From the sequence record PP627279.1: DNA of 59,853 bases. One strand, given 5' to 3'. Shown here one piece after another: positions 30,051 to 38,886 of the stretch (its first letter is position 1; each line of letters starts with the position of its first letter). The notes under the pieces were generated by a model, which was not told the origin of the DNA, searched no databases, and saw only the letters and a list, made by a program, of their open reading frames with translations. Origin of the DNA: Escherichia phage KS_A8. The position numbers were made by a program, and so were the translations under genes.

Positions 30051-30659
30051 TTATTTACAAGCTTCAAGGAACTCCCGGCGCCATTCTTTACCAATATCGC
30101 TACCATGCTCCAGTTCTGTAGCTCCCCGGAACGCTTTGGTAATGGTAGAGCTTCCGCATACCTGCTTAACCCCGCGCGATTCCATGCACATATGCTTAGC
30201 ATCGATGTAAACGCACACAGCTTTCGGGTCTAAATGCTCCTGGATAGCATCTGCAATCTGGTTAGTAAGACGTTCCTGAACTTGCAGTCGACGACTAAAA
30301 GCATCCACAACGCGAGACAGTTTACTGAGCCCCACAATGCGACCGTTAGGAACATACCCCACAACAGCGCGACCGATAATAGGGGCTATATGGTGTTCAC
30401 AATGGCTATAAACTGGAATATCACGGACGATGACCATTTCATTTGAACCTTCCGCCCCGTCTTCAAAGGTTTTAAACAGACCAGCAATATCCACATTATA
30501 ACCGCCAAACCATGTAGCATAGGCTTTAGCGACACGATATGGAGTCTCTTCCAAACCTGGACGTAATTCAGTGCAATTTTCAATTCGAGTTAGTAAAGCT
30601 CGCACCGCGCGAGTAATTTCAAATTGAATACTTTCGTCATTAATAGTAAATTTTGGCAT
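30051..30659 (-). CDS. folE: GTP cyclohydrolase I
   Basis: CEHH active-site motif in ...VYSHCEHHIAPIIGRAVVGYVPNGRIVGLSKLSRVV...; start set at MPKF (RBS AAGGAA); an upstream in-frame ATG at 30692 is also possible. Confidence 0.85.
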   Translation of the reverse strand: MPKFTINDESIQFEITRAVRALLTRIENCTELRPGLEETPYRVAKAYATWFGGYNVDIAGLFKTFEDGAEGSNEMVIVRDIPVYSHCEHHIAPIIGRAVVGYVPNGRIVGLSKLSRVVDAFSRRLQVQERLTNQIADAIQEHLDPKAVCVYIDAKHMCMESRGVKQVCGSSTITKAFRGATELEHGSDIGKEWRREFLEACK

Positions 30660-30694
30660 GGTTTGCAGTTTCCTTGTTGTTAATGTGGTCATAC

Positions 30695-31216
30695 TTACAG
30701 GCTATAGTTTACGTGACATTTTGAAGTTTCTTCGATGGTGCATTCTACAAGTTGAACACCATGTTCGTCAAGCAGTTGCGGCCCAATTACTTCAACCATA
30801 TATGCAGCTAAGTTTTCCGCAGTTGGGTTAAACGGTAAAGATACCAGCGAACCGAAATATGCGTCCGTATGCTCGCAAGGGTCTTGTTCACCCGTTGCAA
30901 TTTCATGATGGATACACTCGCGGACTTTTGTAAATAGCGGGTCATTTTCCCAATGCAGGAATTTATGATCCCAGTTATCTTCCAGCCACTGGCAGAGCGT
31001 AGTTTTAACCACGCTAAAATCAATAACTCGCCCAACGCTGTCCAGACCGTCCTCAATCAGCTTTCCTCGTGTCACTACTTTTCCGCATCCATGTTTCGGC
31101 ACAACCTTAAAGTGAAACTTATAGTTGTGACCGTGGAGGTGGCGACATTTGCTTTCGTGACCTACAACACGATGTCCGGCGCAAATTTCATGTGAACGAA
31201 TTACTGTATAGCTCAT
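30695..31216 (-). CDS. queD: 6-carboxy-5,6,7,8-tetrahydropterin synthase
   Basis: 173 aa; CAGHRVVGHESKCRHLHGHNYKF matches the QueD/PTPS Cys/His zinc-binding signature. Confidence 0.8.
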   Translation of the reverse strand: MSYTVIRSHEICAGHRVVGHESKCRHLHGHNYKFHFKVVPKHGCGKVVTRGKLIEDGLDSVGRVIDFSVVKTTLCQWLEDNWDHKFLHWENDPLFTKVRECIHHEIATGEQDPCEHTDAYFGSLVSLPFNPTAENLAAYMVEVIGPQLLDEHGVQLVECTIEETSKCHVNYSL

Positions 31217-31716
31217 TTTAATGCCTCTTTAGACTGTTCAATTTCTAATGCACGCTGTGCGGATGCAATAATATCTTTCAAGTCTTCTACCAGACTTTTA
31301 TGACCGCGTTCGCCCGGCTGCAACGCCTTTTTAATTAAATGTTGTAAAGCTGGGTTAGTTGTTTTCCAAGCTTCCAAGACATCATACACGTCCACGATGC
31401 ATTTTACAACATTGCCGTTTTGATCTTTACCATAAATAATTTTCTGATATTTATTCATGGGAATTTTAGATGGTTCAATAGATTGTTTGACGTAATCATC
31501 CGCAACGATATATCGCCAGGCTATAATATCTTGAATTTTATAAGGGCTATTCTCATCCATAGCTGAACGCCCTTCTATAGCCCAATCCCATCCATGTAAT
31601 AGATTCTTAACGTGTGTGCCGTTGCGCAAACGAACTTCAAACTTCTCATTACGAAGAAAAATAGGCATTCCTTTACCGTCGTGTAGGTGCCAAATTTTAT
31701 TCAAATTATCTTTCAT
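31213..31716 (-). CDS. hypothetical protein in the deazaguanine cluster
   Basis: Start set at MKDNL just after the yhhQ-like stop; 167 aa; no motif recognised. Confidence 0.3.
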   Translation of the reverse strand: MKDNLNKIWHLHDGKGMPIFLRNEKFEVRLRNGTHVKNLLHGWDWAIEGRSAMDENSPYKIQDIIAWRYIVADDYVKQSIEPSKIPMNKYQKIIYGKDQNGNVVKCIVDVYDVLEAWKTTNPALQHLIKKALQPGERGHKSLVEDLKDIIASAQRALEIEQSKEALK

Positions 31717-31717
31717 T

Positions 31718-32197
31718 TTACGCTCTCGCTGTACGTGAATGAACTTCGTAAACAACCCAAAGGATAGCAGACGCTGTGAACTTACTTAAGCTCATTGCTA
31801 CCATCGATCCCGGATTAACAATACCTATAATACTTAAGAACACAATGGAGTCAATTGGTACAGCTACCAAAGAGCTAATAAATACTCGTTGATGGAAAGG
31901 CTTCTTGGTGACCGTGTATACTACATAGTCCGCGAACTCACTAAGCGCAAAAGACGCAACGGATGCAACTACAACCGCAGGATCACCGAACACCCAGCTA
32001 AGGATGCAACCAACAATCATTGCAGGGATGACGCCTTTGCCAGCGTTACGCTGTGCGTAATCACGCAGAACAAAGATAATACCTACAAAGAAAGCCATCA
32101 TTGGGACTACGCCAAGTGGCGTATTAAGCATCGGAAGGTAAGAAAAGCCCAGGTTTACGAATGTAATTGCAGCCAGATAAGCAACGATAAATTTCAT
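31718..32197 (-). CDS. queuosine-precursor transporter-like membrane protein (YhhQ/COG1738-like, putative)
   Basis: 159 aa, several hydrophobic helices, embedded between queD and queC; family assignment is from context and memory. Confidence 0.4.
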   Translation of the reverse strand: MKFIVAYLAAITFVNLGFSYLPMLNTPLGVVPMMAFFVGIIFVLRDYAQRNAGKGVIPAMIVGCILSWVFGDPAVVVASVASFALSEFADYVVYTVTKKPFHQRVFISSLVAVPIDSIVFLSIIGIVNPGSMVAMSLSKFTASAILWVVYEVHSRTARA

Positions 32198-32317
32198 ACT
32201 TTTGTTCTCCAGTTTTAACAGCGCTATTCGCTGGTTGTTGGGTTTAAAAGCTTTAGTAGTATAGTTGGGTTACCGCACCCTAAACAATGCGCTAGCGGTG
32301 CGGTTTTCGCGGTAAGA

Positions 32318-33025
32318 TCAAGCTTTGCTAATAAATTCGCTGTACCCTTTAGCACGCAGTTTGCACGCAGGACATTCACCGCAACCATATCCCCAGTCAT
32401 GCAGAGTGCGGCGGACGCCGTTATAGCAAGTATGGGACTGTTCAATTACTGTGGTTAAGAAGCCAACCTTATCCGCCAGTTCAAACGTTTCCGCTTTATT
32501 TAAACGCATAAGCGGGGTAACGAAATGAATATCTGTTTCATATCCAACGTTTAACGTAGCTTCAAGCAAGTCTACAAACTGCTGGCGGCAATCTGGATAA
32601 CCGCTATAGTCTGTTTCACAAACACCCGTAACCACATATCGGGCGCCAACTTTCTGCGCGTAGGCGTGCGCGGTAGTCAGGAAAAGTGCATTACGGTTTG
32701 GCACAAAGCTTGCCGGAAGGTTGTTGTGCTGTTCGTGATGTTCGTTAACATCACCTTCGTTCCCGATTAAAGCGCTATTGCCAATCTGTTTCAAAGCAGG
32801 TAATTCAAAGACAACAAATGGGACATCGTGCTCTTTACAAATTTGATCAGCACAAGCCAGCTCAATGTTATGACGTTGACCGTATGCAAAACCAATAGCG
32901 TAGACCTTATCATAGTTATTAAGTGCAAGACCTAAACAGGTCACGCTGTCCTGGCCGCCAGACAGGACCACAACGGCGGAGTTATGATTTTTTACAGGGA
33001 ATACCAGTTTATCTAATTTATTCAT
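32318..33025 (-). CDS. queC: 7-cyano-7-deazaguanine synthase
   Basis: 235 aa; PP-loop VVVLSGGQDS near N-terminus; C-terminal zinc-site cysteines CYNG...CGECPACKLR. Confidence 0.85.
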   Translation of the reverse strand: MNKLDKLVFPVKNHNSAVVVLSGGQDSVTCLGLALNNYDKVYAIGFAYGQRHNIELACADQICKEHDVPFVVFELPALKQIGNSALIGNEGDVNEHHEQHNNLPASFVPNRNALFLTTAHAYAQKVGARYVVTGVCETDYSGYPDCRQQFVDLLEATLNVGYETDIHFVTPLMRLNKAETFELADKVGFLTTVIEQSHTCYNGVRRTLHDWGYGCGECPACKLRAKGYSEFISKA

Positions 33026-33026
33026 C

Positions 33027-33215
33027 TTAGAAACCTTTAAGACTAATATTGAGGTTAATGACTACTTGTTCCACCACCGCTTCAGATGTTACCTGACGCT
33101 GGTGTATTTCAAGCTCCGAATGTATTTTCTTTGATGCAGCGCGGCAAATAGCGTCATTCAACTCGTCCTGTAAACGTTGAATTTTCTGCATAAGAATTAC
33201 AGTTTCTTCATTCAT
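33027..33215 (-). CDS. hypothetical protein
   Basis: 62-aa helical ORF between queE and queC. Confidence 0.25.
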   Translation of the reverse strand: MNEETVILMQKIQRLQDELNDAICRAASKKIHSELEIHQRQVTSEAVVEQVVINLNISLKGF

Positions 33216-33420
33216 CTTCTACACCTTTAATATCACAAGGGTTGATTGTTACATTTGACATCACAATTGGATGATTGCGTGCCCCGATTGTACTAACGTG
33301 ATTAATATCTAATTCAACATGCACTCCCTGCATAGTAGCGTGAGCAATTGCAGAATTAAGTTTTTCTACCAGCTCAGTGATCATTTCCTGATGCTGTTTC
33401 GCTTCTTCCAAAGTGATCAT
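33208..33420 (-). CDS. hypothetical protein
   Basis: 70-aa ORF between queE and queC. Confidence 0.25.
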   Translation of the reverse strand: MITLEEAKQHQEMITELVEKLNSAIAHATMQGVHVELDINHVSTIGARNHPIVMSNVTINPCDIKGVEDE

Positions 33421-33675
33421 TTAAACCTCCGTTAATGTTTGAGTCCAGTCTAAGCCTTCAAGGTCTACATCAGCTATTTCATCGTACTCGTAAGCTCCCG
33501 GATCTGCTGGCAGCCATCTATCAAATCGATGACTGAGTTCTGGAGGAATTGCTTCATACCCCCAAACCTTCCCATCCTTGTCGGCTGCCAGATAATCAAC
33601 TCGACTTGGAACGGTTAAAGTGACACCACAAAAATTAACATCTTTAGTATGCACAACCTGACTTAATACACGCAT
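33421..33675 (-). CDS. hypothetical protein (paralog of 54998-55300 product)
   Basis: 84 aa; shares AADKDGKVWGYEA and VDLEGLDWTQTLTE segments with the 54998-55300 protein. Confidence 0.3.
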   Translation of the reverse strand: MRVLSQVVHTKDVNFCGVTLTVPSRVDYLAADKDGKVWGYEAIPPELSHRFDRWLPADPGAYEYDEIADVDLEGLDWTQTLTEV

Positions 33676-34382
33676 TATTCCACCCCGATATATTTGTGAA
33701 CCTGAAGCTGCAACGTGTACCCGTGTTTCATACAGCTTTTGACAACCGCTTGGATGTTACTGTGGTTAAGATCTTCATCCTGCTCGTCCATTGGCTGCAA
33801 ATATATCTTACCTTTGAACCCCTTCGGAGGTCTAGCGATAAATGGCGTAGCTTGATGATCTAATGCTTGAAGCGGTAAACCGTCTTCCACGTTTACACAG
33901 CACGCTTTAAGCACATATTTAAATGCATTTGCACGGTACAGCACAGAAGGATGAATTTTTGAAGTCTTAGGACTGCATACAATTACAGGTAACTGGGAAA
34001 AGTTCTTAGGTAAAGGCATAGACCCGTTAGTTTCAATCTGTACAAGATACCCGCGCGATAACAGTTGTTCAATAAACGGGTTAATTTGCTGACGGAACGG
34101 TTCACCCCCAGTAATGACCACAAGTGAGGTGCTATTGCCTGATTCCAGCTTACGGCTTTCGATTAAACGCATGATATCAACAATGTGGTAAAGAGAACGA
34201 CCAACAGTATAATCCGTGTCGCAGCCCGGGCATTGCAGGTTACATCCAGCAAGGCGCACAAATACCGCAGGTTGACCGCAGAATGGACCTTCACCCTGAA
34301 TGGTAGAGAATACCGAATGCACGTCTAAATACATATCGTTTTCTTTAGAACGAGACTCGGGAGCTTGTTGATTAATATTCAT
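33675..34382 (-). CDS. queE: 7-carboxy-7-deazaguanine synthase (radical SAM)
   Basis: 235 aa; Cys cluster AGCNLQCPGCDTDY near N-terminus as in QueE radical-SAM enzymes. Confidence 0.8.
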   Translation of the reverse strand: MNINQQAPESRSKENDMYLDVHSVFSTIQGEGPFCGQPAVFVRLAGCNLQCPGCDTDYTVGRSLYHIVDIMRLIESRKLESGNSTSLVVITGGEPFRQQINPFIEQLLSRGYLVQIETNGSMPLPKNFSQLPVIVCSPKTSKIHPSVLYRANAFKYVLKACCVNVEDGLPLQALDHQATPFIARPPKGFKGKIYLQPMDEQDEDLNHSNIQAVVKSCMKHGYTLQLQVHKYIGVE

Positions 34383-34451
34383 CTTAAATCCTCTAGTGAA
34401 AAAGAAAGCGCCTCATTGGGCGCTTTCATTATAACGTGATATGTTTTGATA

Positions 34452-35261
34452 TTACAAGCCGTTCAGGGCTTCCGGTACTGGTACAGGTACGCGACCAGTC
34501 ACACCATTAAATTTCTTCCAGCGTGCATACTGGGTTTTAACGGTATCTTCGTTCAGACCATGGCGACCAGCCAGGTTCAGAACATAAGAGATCGGAGCAG
34601 GCTGACCCAGCGTAGCGCTAATCTGGTCCATCAGAGCCCAGGCACGACCGCAGGAAGTTTCCGGTTGCGGGCGACGAACACCGTTCTGTTCGGGCATACG
34701 ATTAGCTTCTTTTTCTTTCTCGCGGAGCTCTTTAGCGCGTGCTTTTTCCGCTTCTTTTTCTGCCTGTTTTGCAGCACGGATCTTGTCTTTGAAGCCTTTA
34801 ATAGTAGCTTCCAGACCATCCACCAGACCCTGGGCAGAAGTTACAGCACCGGACAGGTCTTCACCTTTAGACTTCTTAACGACAGCTTTCAGCTCTTTCA
34901 GAGCTTCTTTAATGGTCTTCAGGTTTGCAGATCCCTGAGTTTCTGCTTCCGTGATCTGTTCAACAGTGCTTTCGTCGGTGACGGTAGCCAAAGAGTTTTT
35001 CAGAATTTCAGCAGCGTTAGCAATCGCATTAAATTTGTTTTCCGCTTCAGCGCGGATTTCAGCTTGTTTCTTTTCAGCGGCAGCTTTTTTCTCTGCTTCT
35101 TTTTTCTCTTTTGCTACGCGTGCAGCTTCAGCAGCAGCGGCTTTCTTAGCTTCTGCGTCATTCGCAGTAGCTTCTTTCTTTGCAGGTTTAGCAGATTTTG
35201 CAGCGGCAGCGGCGGCTGCGGCAGCAGCTTTTTTGTCTTCAATGTTGCTCATTCTCTTCAC
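34452..35261 (-). CDS. Ala/Lys/Glu-rich low-complexity protein with conserved C-terminal domain (histone H1-like composition)
   Basis: 269 aa; poly-Ala/Lys N-terminal half; C-terminus ...TQYARWKKFNG similar to the C-terminus of the 51220-51834 product. Confidence 0.35.
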   Translation of the reverse strand: MKRMSNIEDKKAAAAAAAAAAKSAKPAKKEATANDAEAKKAAAAEAARVAKEKKEAEKKAAAEKKQAEIRAEAENKFNAIANAAEILKNSLATVTDESTVEQITEAETQGSANLKTIKEALKELKAVVKKSKGEDLSGAVTSAQGLVDGLEATIKGFKDKIRAAKQAEKEAEKARAKELREKEKEANRMPEQNGVRRPQPETSCGRAWALMDQISATLGQPAPISYVLNLAGRHGLNEDTVKTQYARWKKFNGVTGRVPVPVPEALNGL

Positions 35262-35379
35262 TCCGAATTGTTATGGGTTCGTTTGTTACCAACGGGGTTA
35301 AATGTACCAAAGGATTTTGTGACACGCAACCCCTTATCTGAACATTTTTAAAAATATTTTTGATCAAGCTTAGAACTTA

Positions 35380-35874
35380 CTAGCTCTTTGCCCCTCTGCC
35401 CGGCGTCCATGCAGCTTGCAATGCGGATTGCTCACAAACGACCCTGGCACCGGAAATAATACCACCCTCCCGTTCAGCATCGTATTTGACACGGGCAGGT
35501 TTCCAAAGTCCTTCATCCATTGACGGAACGTATTGCCCAATTTGAGGTGAGCAAAAGCCTTGGATATCGTATTCCACACAGAATTCGGCTTGTGCGCTGA
35601 TTTGGGCGTGATCCAGGATTGTTTCTGGAAGTTGCGTAAAGTAATCAAACAAAATGCGCTCAACGATTTCCCGTTCATAAGGTGCAGCTCCTAAGTTTTC
35701 TGTCAAGTTAATATAAAGCATTTGAAGATCAACATCTTCAAGATCATGTAAATCGTCTACTGGTGTCACCAGTGTTGACTCAGGGCAACAAATAATTCCA
35801 AGTTGGTGTAGTGTCAGCCAATTGGGATGCTTTGCCAAGAGTTCAAATTTATCTGTATCAATCAGGACGTACAT
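35380..35874 (-). CDS. hypothetical protein
   Basis: 164-aa acidic ORF downstream of the Ala/Lys-rich gene. Confidence 0.3.
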   Translation of the reverse strand: MYVLIDTDKFELLAKHPNWLTLHQLGIICCPESTLVTPVDDLHDLEDVDLQMLYINLTENLGAAPYEREIVERILFDYFTQLPETILDHAQISAQAEFCVEYDIQGFCSPQIGQYVPSMDEGLWKPARVKYDAEREGGIISGARVVCEQSALQAAWTPGRGAKS

Positions 35875-35933
35875 TGCAACCCCCTATAAATAAGTAATGC
35901 CCCAATAGTAGGGGCATTAAATGTTGAAGTCAA

Positions 35934-37916
35934 TTAGAACGGAACGTAATCCGGATCATCTACTTGCACAGGATTAACCACATTGTTCACCGTTATACCT
36001 TGCGTATTCTGCGAAACAATATCGTCCCAGCTCACATCATCATTATAGCTTGGACCTTCTGTTGTTCCATCCTGCCCGTATACTTTAACCTGAATAGCTT
36101 CGTCGTCCTGTGGTGCTTCAAACTTACCGAAACACGTACCATCATAATCATAGTTCAAAATCTCAGGCCATTTCTTATTGGTATGAACTTTGATGTATTT
36201 CGGCGTTTTGAGCATCGCAGCAACATCAAGGGCTTCTTCAATAGTTTGTGGTAAAGGAAGATGCGTCCTTTTCTTCCACCATGCAACCGCTTTACGACCA
36301 GCCCAGTCGCCATGCAGCAAAGCTACCCATTCGCTAAATATTTTACTACCGCAATAATAAGTCACCTTCATTGTTGGAGGTTTGGAGCTGTCATTGCGTT
36401 TAGTGTGCTTCGCATAAGTGACATGCGTGACTTTAAAGTCTTCAACTACCGGAATGTCCTGTTTGATCAATGCTTCGGTACTTGCTGCCTTTTTAAGTTT
36501 CGTCTGGAACTTAAACTCATGACCGCAAAATCCTTCTTTAACATAATCCGTTCCACGTAGTCTGAATCCCTTCAAATATAATTGTTGAACTTGTTCCTGT
36601 GTAACGCTGTCCATAGGAATTGGTGCAAAGCCACCGCAATAGCGAGCAGATGCATGATTATACGACCCGCACACATCGCATTCTTTAACCGGAGCAGTAC
36701 CAGCACCTTTTTCGCCCGGGCGCTTAGGTTTAACAGGGTCGTTAATAGGCCCCAAACGGCGCGTATTACCGCTGAAATCCAGTACAAGGCAGTTTTGCTT
36801 AGGGCTTGCTGCAATAGCTTGCAAGCGACCTTCCTGCGTGGAAAGATCAAAGCCCTCCGCATATACCGGACGCGTACCGCGACCCAACATCTGAACCCAT
36901 AGCACCGCCGACGCAGTGGGGCGGAGCATGATAATTAGATCGAGCATCGGATGGTCGAAACCTGTGGTTAAGACGTTGTTGTTTGTCAATGCTCGAAACT
37001 CTCCACGCTTGAACTTTTCAATAATTTCATCACGCTCTTTTGCATCAAGCTTTGAGTGAATACATCCGCAACTAATACCCATATCGTTCAGCATATCACA
37101 CGCATCTTTAGCGTGTTCAATACCAGAACAAAATATAAGCCAGCTTTGACGGTCTTCACCACATTCAATGGCTTCCTCAAGTGCGCGGAGTGTTGCGTCG
37201 TCGCGGTTTACCGCACTTTGCAGCTCGCTTTGAATAAACTCACCGCCGCGTTTCCCTACACCATTGAGGTCCAGTTCCATCTTTGTACGCTTTGGCACAA
37301 CCGGAAGCAAATAACCTTGCTCCAGGAACCAGTTAAAGGCTTCATGGGTAGTCGCATCAAACGTTACTTTATCAAATAAAGCATCATCGTCTTCGTTTTC
37401 CTTAACAATTGAGCCGTAACCCAGTCGATAAGGTGTAGCGGTAAGACCGATAATTTTTAAATACGGGTTAACTTCACGCAATGCTGCAAAGAACTTCTTA
37501 TACATTGTTGCATCACGCGGACTAATAAGGTGCGCTTCATCCACAAAAATTAGATCTACCTTGCCGAACTTTTTAGGATGCTTAGCAACAGATGCGATCC
37601 CCGCAAATGTGATAAGATTATAAACTTCTTTACGCTTCAAACCTGCGCTGTAAATACCTGCTGGCGCTTCAGGCCAGACTTTCATTAATTTATCATAGTT
37701 TTGTGCAATTAACTCTTTGACATGAGTTAACATCATTACGCGCTGGTTTGGATACCATTTATAAAGCAGATCGAGGAACCCCGCGATAACGAGCGATTTT
37801 CCTGTCCCTGTTGGTAACAGGATCAAAGGGTTCCCCGCGTTACCCTTTTCAGCATCAAAATAGCGGAATACGCTATAAACTGCTTCCTGTTGATAATCGC
37901 GGAGCTGCATAATCAA
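35934..37916 (-). CDS. SF2 DNA helicase (DEAH box) with C-terminal Cys cluster
   Basis: RDYQQEAV Q-motif, Walker A LLPTGTGKS, motif II VDEAHLIS, C-terminal CDVCGSYNHASARYCGG. Confidence 0.75.
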   Translation of the reverse strand: MIMQLRDYQQEAVYSVFRYFDAEKGNAGNPLILLPTGTGKSLVIAGFLDLLYKWYPNQRVMMLTHVKELIAQNYDKLMKVWPEAPAGIYSAGLKRKEVYNLITFAGIASVAKHPKKFGKVDLIFVDEAHLISPRDATMYKKFFAALREVNPYLKIIGLTATPYRLGYGSIVKENEDDDALFDKVTFDATTHEAFNWFLEQGYLLPVVPKRTKMELDLNGVGKRGGEFIQSELQSAVNRDDATLRALEEAIECGEDRQSWLIFCSGIEHAKDACDMLNDMGISCGCIHSKLDAKERDEIIEKFKRGEFRALTNNNVLTTGFDHPMLDLIIMLRPTASAVLWVQMLGRGTRPVYAEGFDLSTQEGRLQAIAASPKQNCLVLDFSGNTRRLGPINDPVKPKRPGEKGAGTAPVKECDVCGSYNHASARYCGGFAPIPMDSVTQEQVQQLYLKGFRLRGTDYVKEGFCGHEFKFQTKLKKAASTEALIKQDIPVVEDFKVTHVTYAKHTKRNDSSKPPTMKVTYYCGSKIFSEWVALLHGDWAGRKAVAWWKKRTHLPLPQTIEEALDVAAMLKTPKYIKVHTNKKWPEILNYDYDGTCFGKFEAPQDDEAIQVKVYGQDGTTEGPSYNDDVSWDDIVSQNTQGITVNNVVNPVQVDDPDYVPF

Positions 37917-38821
37917 TCTTTCCCGTAATAGTTAGCTACTTGATAGTTTTGACAACCAACTTTTTGGCCCTGAGTATCTACTGCAACGGAATGGAAATTG
38001 CAATACCATGTTCCATCATCTTTTGGCTCAAGAAATTGGCATGTGCGACAGTTTACTTCCGGCATAGTTTTACGCCAGCACAATGAGGAGTGGTCACACC
38101 ATTTGCATTCGAAGAAGGTAGAGTCTTTGAATGCACGGTCAGGAATATCCGTAGCAATAGCAATCTGCACACCACGATCAATATACATGTCCGCAGTGAC
38201 CGGATCAAATGGAATAATTTCTGCGTAAACTTCATCATCGTTCTTGTTTACAGCAAGATATAACGCTGCACCAAGTCCAAGCTTTCGCATGTACACGTTC
38301 ATCTGCACATAGTGCTCAGGTTTAGCTTCTTTGACACCTTTAGCTTTCAGCTTCTTGAAAGACTTATCGTTGTGGGTCTTCATTTCAGTAAGCACAGGCA
38401 TTCCAGGCTGAACGTCCGGACAACCTATAACCACACCATCACAGGAACCGCCAAAGTGTCCGCCAGCTTCGCTGATACGGAACTGGTGTCCGTTTTCGTC
38501 CTGCTGATAGACCTGCATACCTGCCGCAAGAAGCATAGCAATAAAGCGCGCTTCTTCCAGATGTCCGCGGTTAAACAGTCGAAGCTGGCGTCCATCGAAC
38601 TCTTTACGCGTAGCCCAGCGATATCCGTAGAACAGCTTGCGAGCACATTGTTGCCCAATAAGGGAAGCACCTAAGTGGCTGCGGTTGCCGCTTTCGGGGC
38701 GATATGCGTCTTCAATTGTGGGAATAACTACGCCGAGATATTTACGGTAAGTCCCACCCTGATCTTTTTGCACACCGTCATTGATTGCTTGAAGTGTTTT
38801 TTCTGCAATATAAATAGCCAT
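37913..38821 (-). CDS. PD-(D/E)XK exonuclease (YqaJ/lambda Exo-like) with C-terminal Cys cluster
   Basis: 302 aa; LTEMKT and QMNVYMRKLG fit the D...E.K...QxxxY nuclease signature; four C-terminal Cys. Confidence 0.5.
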   Translation of the reverse strand: MAIYIAEKTLQAINDGVQKDQGGTYRKYLGVVIPTIEDAYRPESGNRSHLGASLIGQQCARKLFYGYRWATRKEFDGRQLRLFNRGHLEEARFIAMLLAAGMQVYQQDENGHQFRISEAGGHFGGSCDGVVIGCPDVQPGMPVLTEMKTHNDKSFKKLKAKGVKEAKPEHYVQMNVYMRKLGLGAALYLAVNKNDDEVYAEIIPFDPVTADMYIDRGVQIAIATDIPDRAFKDSTFFECKWCDHSSLCWRKTMPEVNCRTCQFLEPKDDGTWYCNFHSVAVDTQGQKVGCQNYQVANYYGKD

Positions 38822-38832
38822 TGGAGTACCTT

Positions 38833-38860
38833 AGAAAAATAAGCCGTCTTTCGACGGCTT
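38833..38860 (-). terminator. intrinsic terminator/attenuator after the SSB-like gene
   Basis: AAGCCGTC-TTTC-GACGGCTT hairpin; on the minus strand it is followed by a T-run. Confidence 0.45.
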
Positions 38861-38886
38861 AGGGACACTACAGAGGGAGGATTAAC

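Noticed and set aside
34446-35351. 301-aa plus-strand ORF (and 34951-35301) rich in Phe/Ser/Cys
   Set aside because: Antisense shadow of the Ala/Lys/Glu-rich minus-strand gene; low-complexity translation, no RBS, wrong orientation for the operon.
35875-35933. Possible terminator hairpin ATGCCCC/GGGGCAT after the helicase gene
   Set aside because: Stem is short and the downstream T-run on the gene strand is weak; not reported as a feature.
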